DNA of 32,000 nucleotides from positions 3,180,001 through 3,212,000 of the forward strand of contig NZ_CP074694.1 in assembly GCF_018398935.1 (NCBI RefSeq), in the 5' to 3' direction. This stretch comes from Telmatocola sphagniphila. Its GTDB lineage: Bacteria; Planctomycetota; Planctomycetia; Gemmatales; Gemmataceae. The notes beneath the pieces were generated by a model, which saw only the letters and a list, made by a program, of their open reading frames with translations, was not told the origin of the DNA and did not search any database. Position numbers and translations under genes: made by a program. Positions 26,112-32,000 of this stretch are shown here, in pieces. Position 1 is the first letter of the stretch. Each line of letters opens with the position of its first letter.

Positions 26112-28244
26112 ATGTTTATGTCCTTTGCCAATCCGGTATTTCTTTACGGCTTGCCCGCCTTAGCAATCCCCGTCCTCATTCATTTTCTCAATCGCCGAAA
26201 ATTTGAAATTGTCGACTGGGGAGCCATGCAGTTCCTCCGCATCAGCGATGAGGTACGCCGGCGCAACCGGCTCGATCAACTACTGCTCCTGCTTTTGCGC
26301 ATGCTGATCCTGGCCCTTTTGCTGATTCTGCTGGCCGGCCCTTCTTTCAAAAGCCGTTGGTTGAGCCGTTTCGCCAAGCAACCCCGGCGCGATCTGGTTC
26401 TCATCGTCGATGGCTCCGGCAGCATGGCTCTGCAACAGAACAAACAATCACTTTTGGATCTAGCCCGGGGCAAAGCTCGAAAAATTCTCGAAGATTTCGG
26501 TAGCGACGATCGCTTTCAGGTATTGGTCGCCCGGGACGATGTCACTAATCTTTCGCTGCAATGGAACAACTCCTGGAATATCGTCGAAGGGCATCTGAAA
26601 AAGGAAATCCCGCACGGTTCCCTTAATATTGTCGCAGCTTATCAACAGGCCAGCGACCTGCTTAAAGGTTCGGTGGCCGAGAAACGGGAGATCCTATTCC
26701 TCACCGACGGCCAGAAACACTCGTGGCAGGAACCCAACCTGGTAGCTCGACTGAAGACCATACAGGAAGCGGCCGGGGAAAATGCCCCTCTTCTTCGGAT
26801 CGAGGATGTAGCGGCTCTGGACGCAGCGAAAATTGCCAATCTGGGTATTACCCGACTGAATACCCGGCGAACTATCGCCCTACCAAAGCAGGAAATCGCG
26901 TTCGAAGGCGAGATTCAGGCGACCAACAAAGAAGCGGCCAATTCCCACGTCCGGATTCTGGTTGATCATCGACCCATCGGCGAAGTCCAGGTGGAGAATC
27001 TCTCCCCCGGTAAAGCCAAGTTCCATTACACCCATCGCTTCGCAGACACCGGCAGCCATCTGATCGAATTTCGCCTCCCGGCGGATGAATATCCATCCGA
27101 CGACAACTACGAACTGGCCATTCGCGTCATTCCTCAAATTCATGTGCAGGTGATAGATCCGAAATTCCAGCTGAACGCCGAAGGAAATCCGTCGCTTATC
27201 GGGAGCCAGTTTCTTCTGGATGCCCTGGCCCCGATCAAAGACCCTTCCCCATTATTTGCGGTGGAGCGGTTGAAATCCGATACTCGTACCTCCCGTTCGG
27301 ATAGTTTGGGCAGTACGAGTGCGAAGGTTGAAATCCTCTTCGATCTACCCAGTCCGCCCCAGGCCGATCTGGTCCACTTCGTGCAAAATGGTAACGGCCT
27401 GCTGATTGCTCCCGGTGACGATTTCGATCCGAGGAGATGGCGGGAATCGGAACAGGGGCATGCATTACTGCCAGCCCATCCCATCAAAATTCTGGGGAGC
27501 GAAACCGACCTGACGACGGCGCCCAGAATCGACCCCAAGTCGCTCGTCCATCCGGTGATGCAACTCTTTGCCAAGAATAGCGAACTCCTCTCCGCCTATT
27601 TCCCCAAATACTGGGATCTCTCGACCGAAGGAATCGAATCTGCTCAGGTACTGGCCCGACTGACCAACGGTAAACCATTCCTGGTTGAGAAGAATCTGGG
27701 GCTGGGTAAAGTCCTGTTATGCGCCGTTCCCCTCGATAACCGCTGGCGAACCAATCTGACCGACCTCGGAGATTACGTTCGCCTGATGCACGAACTGGTT
27801 CTTCACCTGGGTAGCGAATCAGGTTTCGACAATAATCAGCCTGCAGCCAGTGGATTAACATTGCCGGAAAGAATCGCGGCCGATTCGCATATGGCCATCA
27901 CTATCCCCGGCGGTGAACCGATTCGCGATCGGATGCGGGAAATTCGCGGCAAATTGCGAAGCCTGACACTTCCCGGTATCTATTCGTTTCGCGAAGACAA
28001 CCAACCGTCGCAGTACGTGGTGCTGCAGGAGAATCGCGCCGAACACCTGCTGACCTACATGAACGAAGCAGATTGGGAACAACTGAAAAGCGCCCTGCCG
28101 AATAAATTGTTGCGCAATGAGGAGACGGCGGCAGGCGATACCAGTGCACAGAATCTCTTTTCGCTCCGGCCGATATTTCTGTTGTTGTTGATCCTGTTTT
28201 TATTCGGGGAAGCCTGGTTCGCCCGGCGGCATTCCATCGCTTAA
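26112..28244 (+). CDS. BatA N-terminal (double-TM) domain protein with a VWA domain (second copy)
   Basis: The N-terminus NPVFLYGLPALAIPVLIHFLNRRKFEIVDWGAMQFL parallels the 6488..9265 product. The MIDAS motif is LVLIVDGSGSM. A C-terminal TM segment is present (IFLLLLILFLFGEAWFARR). Confidence 0.9.
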   Translation: MFMSFANPVFLYGLPALAIPVLIHFLNRRKFEIVDWGAMQFLRISDEVRRRNRLDQLLLLLLRMLILALLLILLAGPSFKSRWLSRFAKQPRRDLVLIVDGSGSMALQQNKQSLLDLARGKARKILEDFGSDDRFQVLVARDDVTNLSLQWNNSWNIVEGHLKKEIPHGSLNIVAAYQQASDLLKGSVAEKREILFLTDGQKHSWQEPNLVARLKTIQEAAGENAPLLRIEDVAALDAAKIANLGITRLNTRRTIALPKQEIAFEGEIQATNKEAANSHVRILVDHRPIGEVQVENLSPGKAKFHYTHRFADTGSHLIEFRLPADEYPSDDNYELAIRVIPQIHVQVIDPKFQLNAEGNPSLIGSQFLLDALAPIKDPSPLFAVERLKSDTRTSRSDSLGSTSAKVEILFDLPSPPQADLVHFVQNGNGLLIAPGDDFDPRRWRESEQGHALLPAHPIKILGSETDLTTAPRIDPKSLVHPVMQLFAKNSELLSAYFPKYWDLSTEGIESAQVLARLTNGKPFLVEKNLGLGKVLLCAVPLDNRWRTNLTDLGDYVRLMHELVLHLGSESGFDNNQPAASGLTLPERIAADSHMAITIPGGEPIRDRMREIRGKLRSLTLPGIYSFREDNQPSQYVVLQENRAEHLLTYMNEADWEQLKSALPNKLLRNEETAAGDTSAQNLFSLRPIFLLLLILFLFGEAWFARRHSIA

Positions 28245-28254
28245 ATCGAGACTC

Positions 28255-30774
28255 ATGCACTCCATTCTGGCGAGTATCGAAGTTTCCCTCCAGCCAGTCG
28301 GCCGCTCCGACATGGCGGTCTGGCTGGCGCTGGCCGGGTTCGTCCTGATCGTTGGAATTCTCACTTTCTCGGTTCGACTGCTTCGGAAGCCGGAATTGAC
28401 TCTGGTCTCTCGAAACTCCGCTCGGATCCTGCTTCTGTTGCGCGGCGGCATCCTCGGATTACTGGTACTACTTCTGCTTTTTCAGCCGCAATTCCGCAAC
28501 GTGATTCAAGAGACTATTCCTTCGCACGTACTCGTTGCCCTCGACACCTCCGGAAGCATGAATTTCGCCGATGCTCAGATCTCCGATCGCGAAGCACTGG
28601 AATTAGCCGTGGCAGTGGGATTGAAGGTCCCCAACGCGAGCAGCGAGCAACTCCAGAACTGGTTGAAACAGTATACTTCGGGGAATATTCCCAACTCGGT
28701 CGAATACCGCAACGCTTTGAAAAGCATCCATGCCTCGAGCCGCGCGGCCATTGCCCAGGCGGTCCTGAAAGAGTCCCCCCTCCAGCTACTCAATCGGCTG
28801 AAGCAGGACCACGAAGTTCGCTCGACGCAATTTTCCGATCATCTGGAAGCGGGGGTCGATGCCAAAACCAATCGAGGCGAAACGAATATCAATTTGCCGC
28901 TACAAAAATCGCTGCGGGAAGCCAACAACGATCAGGAACGCTGCGTTGGCGTCGTGCTACTGACTGACGGAAGGCAGACCAGCAACGACAACCCTTTGAC
29001 TCTGGCCGCTGAGCTCAAATCCCGTGGGGTGCCGGTCTATCCGCTCGTCATTGGTTCGCCGACACCGATCCCCGATCTCTCGCTGACATTTGCCCGTGCC
29101 ATCCCCGCTGTGGCCTTTCAAAAATCGACGGTTCGCGTCGAGGTGAAAGTCCGAGCCTCCGAAATGCCGCGAGGTAAAATTCGTCTCGAACTGACTGGAA
29201 CTATCGGGGAAAAGAAACCGCGACTGGAGCATCTCCTCGATCACGCCGGCGGTACGCAGGAGTACGATTATATTTTTGAACTTCCAGGGGAGGAGCCGGG
29301 CTCTTTCGTCGGTGAAGTTCGGGTCGATTGGACCGGTCCGGAAAAGGAAGCAATTCTTAGCAATAATCAAATGCCGGTACGCTTCCAGGTCGTTCAGGAC
29401 AAGGCCCGCGTCTTATTCATTGATTCGGAGATGCGTTACGAGTCGCACTACCTTCAGACGGCCCTGCTCCGCGATGAGAGCATTCAACTGAAAACCATCC
29501 TGCTCAATCCGCCGCGCATCGGGGCCTTAACCGAAGAGGGGCTGAAGGAACAGGGCTACGCCGATACGAAAATCCCTGCCGATTTTGCCGAACTGATGAG
29601 CTACGATTGCCTGATCATCGGCGATGTCGATTTCCGGCAACTGGATCCCAAAACGAAAAACTGGCTCGAACGTTATCTGACGGAACGAGGCGGCACCGTG
29701 GTGTTAGTCGCTGGGAAAAAAGCGATGCCGATGGGCGCGCGGTCTTCGCTGGGGGAACCTATGGATCCCGTCCTGGAACGCATCCTTCCGATCATGGCCC
29801 CCCGCGAGATTCGCGACGAGGAAGGCTTCTCGATGCAGTTAACCAGCGAAGGTCAGCAGCGCGGCTACCTGCAGCTCGATAACGACATCCGGCGAAATGA
29901 CTTTCGCTGGCAGCAATTGCCGCGCAGCTATTGGGGAGTCGTGGGCAAATGCAAACCGAGCGCGATCTCGCTGGCCTACGTCATGCCCCGACTCGATCCG
30001 GCGGGCACCAATATCCCGAAACTCGACGAAATCCAACGTAACAATGCCATTCTGGTTCGACAGAACATAGGCTTCGGCAAAGTGCTGTTTCTGGGTATCG
30101 ATAGCACCTGGCGCTGGCGGTATCGCGAGGGGGATGCCACCCAATTTCGCTTCTGGGGACAATTAATTCGCTGGGCCGCCAGCGATCGACCGTTGAGTGC
30201 GGGAAACGAATTTCTGCGCTTTGGAGTTCGCGAACCGCTCGCCGGAACGGAGCAGCCGCCCGAGATCATCCTGCGTTTGACCGAGGTGACCCTCAAGCAG
30301 GCCAACATTACTCAGGTTCGGGTTCGAGTCAACAAAGCGGGTGAGAAATCGGAACTGAAAATCATCGATCTGAAGCAGCAGGCAGGAAATCCCCGCGAAT
30401 GGCGGGCGCCGGTGATCGACTTACCGGTCGGTAAGTTCGAGATCGAACCGCTGGTGCCGGAGTTGAATAGTTCTCTGGTTCAATCCGATGGCACGCCATT
30501 GAAATGCAGTTATGAAGTCTTCGCACCCATCCCCAAGGAGGACCGGGAATTGTCCGCTGACTTCGAACTGATGAAGACGCTGGCCGAGTCGACCGGCGGC
30601 AACGCCTTCTGGGCGAAGGATGCGGATCAACTTCCCGCACTCCTGAAAAATCTTTCGGCCACCCGGGAAACGGTTCAGACCTGGAACCTGGCCGATTCCT
30701 GGTGGCTCTTCGGTGTGATACTGTTCCTGCTCACAGTTGAATGGTCTCTCCGAAAGTGGCTCGGACTGGCTTGA
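28255..30774 (+). CDS. VWA-domain membrane protein (second BatB-like copy) with a GATase1-like segment and a C-terminal anchor
   Basis: The ATG lies 10 nt after the upstream stop. It has N-terminal TM helices and the MIDAS motif VLVALDTSGSM. The segment ARVLFIDSEMRYESHYL...YDCLIIGDVDF parallels the 3357..6443 product. The C-terminal tail WWLFGVILFLLTVEWSLRKWLGLA matches the paralog's tail. Confidence 0.9.
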   Translation: MHSILASIEVSLQPVGRSDMAVWLALAGFVLIVGILTFSVRLLRKPELTLVSRNSARILLLLRGGILGLLVLLLLFQPQFRNVIQETIPSHVLVALDTSGSMNFADAQISDREALELAVAVGLKVPNASSEQLQNWLKQYTSGNIPNSVEYRNALKSIHASSRAAIAQAVLKESPLQLLNRLKQDHEVRSTQFSDHLEAGVDAKTNRGETNINLPLQKSLREANNDQERCVGVVLLTDGRQTSNDNPLTLAAELKSRGVPVYPLVIGSPTPIPDLSLTFARAIPAVAFQKSTVRVEVKVRASEMPRGKIRLELTGTIGEKKPRLEHLLDHAGGTQEYDYIFELPGEEPGSFVGEVRVDWTGPEKEAILSNNQMPVRFQVVQDKARVLFIDSEMRYESHYLQTALLRDESIQLKTILLNPPRIGALTEEGLKEQGYADTKIPADFAELMSYDCLIIGDVDFRQLDPKTKNWLERYLTERGGTVVLVAGKKAMPMGARSSLGEPMDPVLERILPIMAPREIRDEEGFSMQLTSEGQQRGYLQLDNDIRRNDFRWQQLPRSYWGVVGKCKPSAISLAYVMPRLDPAGTNIPKLDEIQRNNAILVRQNIGFGKVLFLGIDSTWRWRYREGDATQFRFWGQLIRWAASDRPLSAGNEFLRFGVREPLAGTEQPPEIILRLTEVTLKQANITQVRVRVNKAGEKSELKIIDLKQQAGNPREWRAPVIDLPVGKFEIEPLVPELNSSLVQSDGTPLKCSYEVFAPIPKEDRELSADFELMKTLAESTGGNAFWAKDADQLPALLKNLSATRETVQTWNLADSWWLFGVILFLLTVEWSLRKWLGLA

Positions 30775-32000
30775 CCGAACTTGCTTGGGATATTGATCTG
30801 CGGCACGTTATTCCGCGGATGATTGTGCTTGCTCCGCGTCAGATAGATGCCTAGCCCAACAATCGCCAGAATGATGACTACCAGCCGAATGATCTTCCAG
30901 ATACTATAAGGTCGGAAGCCTTTCACTTCGCCGGTGCGCCCGTTCACCAGCACCTGATAATTGTTTTCATTGAATCGGTACGACGCCATCCAGACGGGCA
31001 GCAACAGATGCTTGAACGAGATTCCCATGTAGTTGGTCTGGCGGTGCAGCAGCTGCTGCTCGTCGCCGCCGATGTCCCGTTTGCACAGGGCGACCAGATG
31101 GTTCTCCATGATGTTCTTGGCCAACTGGAAACCTTCGGGCAACTCGATGGTATACCGCTCTGTTTTAAATCCGCTCAGAAAATCGGGAGTGAAAGGCACC
31201 AGGTGTTCGAGATCCCAGGAAATTAATCCATCGACGAGTTTCTGCGGCAATCTTCTCGAAGAACAAATTAGTACATCGTCGAAGAAATGCTCTATCTCCC
31301 CGGAAACGAAGGTCCAGTCCACTCGTGTAACAGTCCGCGATTTCCCGTCTGAATCAGTTTCCGATACTGTGTAGCGCACGCCACGACGGCCATCGTAATA
31401 GGTGTGGGTCATTGCGTCGTATGTGAAATACGGTAGATAGATCCCCTGCAACTGGCCGATGTTGGCGAGATCTTTTAACGCGTTGGGGGCAAACCAGAGA
31501 GATTTTACCCATTCCTGAAACTTGTTGATGGCATCCCGGTTGGAAACGGCAAACGGGAGGACCGATTCCGGCAGAATAACTTCATCCGCCTTTTGAGGCA
31601 GATTTTCCAGGTGAGTATGACAGTAGGGACACTGGTCGGCGACGATCTTGTCGTCAAAAGTCACCATCGCGCCGCAGCCGGTACATTTCACCTGAACGGC
31701 TTTGTCCCCTAGCGAACCCTTCTTCTGTTGTTCCAGCTTTTTAAGATAAGCTTCATAATCTCGTTCTTCGACTTTTTCCGTCGATTTCACAGGGATTTTA
31801 TCGATGTGCCCGCAGTAGGGGCACTTCAGAGCTTTGGCTTCCGGATCGTACTCCATCCGAGCGCCGCACTCCACGCAAGGATACTTCCGATCGGTAGAGG
31901 GTTTGGCGGGACCACCCGGCGAGGGGGGCGGATTGAGCGATGCGGCGGCCACGCCTCCCGCCACATTGCCTGCCGATTTCCCGCCGGGGCCAGACTTAGG
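30675..32000 (-). CDS. Double zinc-ribbon protein with a C-terminal TM helix (5' end probably outside the window)
   Basis: There are two CxxC...CxxC ribbons (CVECGARMEYDPEAKALKCPYCGH and CTGCGAMVTFDDKIVADQCPYCHT). A TM helix follows (IIRLVVIILAIVGLGIYL). The ORF-track start at 31964 is a GTG, but the frame stays open to position 32000, so the true start may lie beyond the window. Confidence 0.8.
   Translation of the reverse strand, partial: PKSGPGGKSAGNVAGGVAAASLNPPPSPGGPAKPSTDRKYPCVECGARMEYDPEAKALKCPYCGHIDKIPVKSTEKVEERDYEAYLKKLEQQKKGSLGDKAVQVKCTGCGAMVTFDDKIVADQCPYCHTHLENLPQKADEVILPESVLPFAVSNRDAINKFQEWVKSLWFAPNALKDLANIGQLQGIYLPYFTYDAMTHTYYDGRRGVRYTVSETDSDGKSRTVTRVDWTFVSGEIEHFFDDVLICSSRRLPQKLVDGLISWDLEHLVPFTPDFLSGFKTERYTIELPEGFQLAKNIMENHLVALCKRDIGGDEQQLLHRQTNYMGISFKHLLLPVWMASYRFNENNYQVLVNGRTGEVKGFRPYSIWKIIRLVVIILAIVGLGIYLTRSKHNHPRNNVPQINIPSKFGQASPSHFRRDHSTVSRNSITPKSHQESARFQV

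Noticed and set aside
1-32000. CRISPR arrays, rRNA genes, and known multi-gene defence or secretion systems.
   Set aside because: I saw no regularly spaced direct repeats, no rRNA-like sequence, and no hallmark proteins such as Cas proteins, restriction-modification enzymes, toxin-antitoxin pairs or secretion ATPases in any frame.

Overview
No searches were run. All family names come from motifs I read in the supplied translations, and every coordinate was checked against the sequence by eye.

The window looks like chromosomal DNA from a Planctomycetota-like bacterium. That is an inference from the protein families present and has not been verified.

**1. Positions 15-17664, minus strand.** Seven co-directional genes:
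- a giant secreted PQQ-like beta-propeller/TPR protein
- a secreted prenyltransferase/terpene-cyclase-like alpha/alpha-toroid protein
- a MoxR AAA+ ATPase
- a DUF58 protein
- a BatA-N-terminal/VWA membrane protein
- a second VWA membrane protein
- a 1108-aa membrane protein of unknown function

**2. Positions 17755-19005.** A divergently transcribed orphan radical-SAM enzyme, followed by tRNA-Arg(CCG).

**3. Positions about 19006-23870.** An AT-rich accessory island lies directly 3' of the tRNA.
- It carries a DUF2806-like gene.
- It carries a tandem pair of uncharacterised paralogs. Each has an N-terminal CxxCGxC(C/H) cysteine cluster, a charged helix and a C-terminal transmembrane (TM) anchor.
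- The upstream paralog is split by a complete ISL3-family insertion sequence. The IS has 24-bp imperfect inverted repeats and a perfect 8-bp target duplication. Its transposase needs a -1 shift at an A8 run.
- I found no integrase and no att repeat.

**4. Positions 23878-32000.**
- a UxaA/GarD-type sugar-acid dehydratase
- a small two-TM protein
- a second BatA-N/VWA plus VWA gene pair that has no ATPase or DUF58 partner
- a convergent double zinc-ribbon membrane protein that runs off the window edge

I saw no CRISPR array, no rRNA and no recognisable known defence system. The best candidates for something undescribed are the island's cysteine-cluster, tail-anchored paralog pair (with DUF2806 nearby) and the extended MoxR/VWA supercluster. 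Both are hypotheses only.
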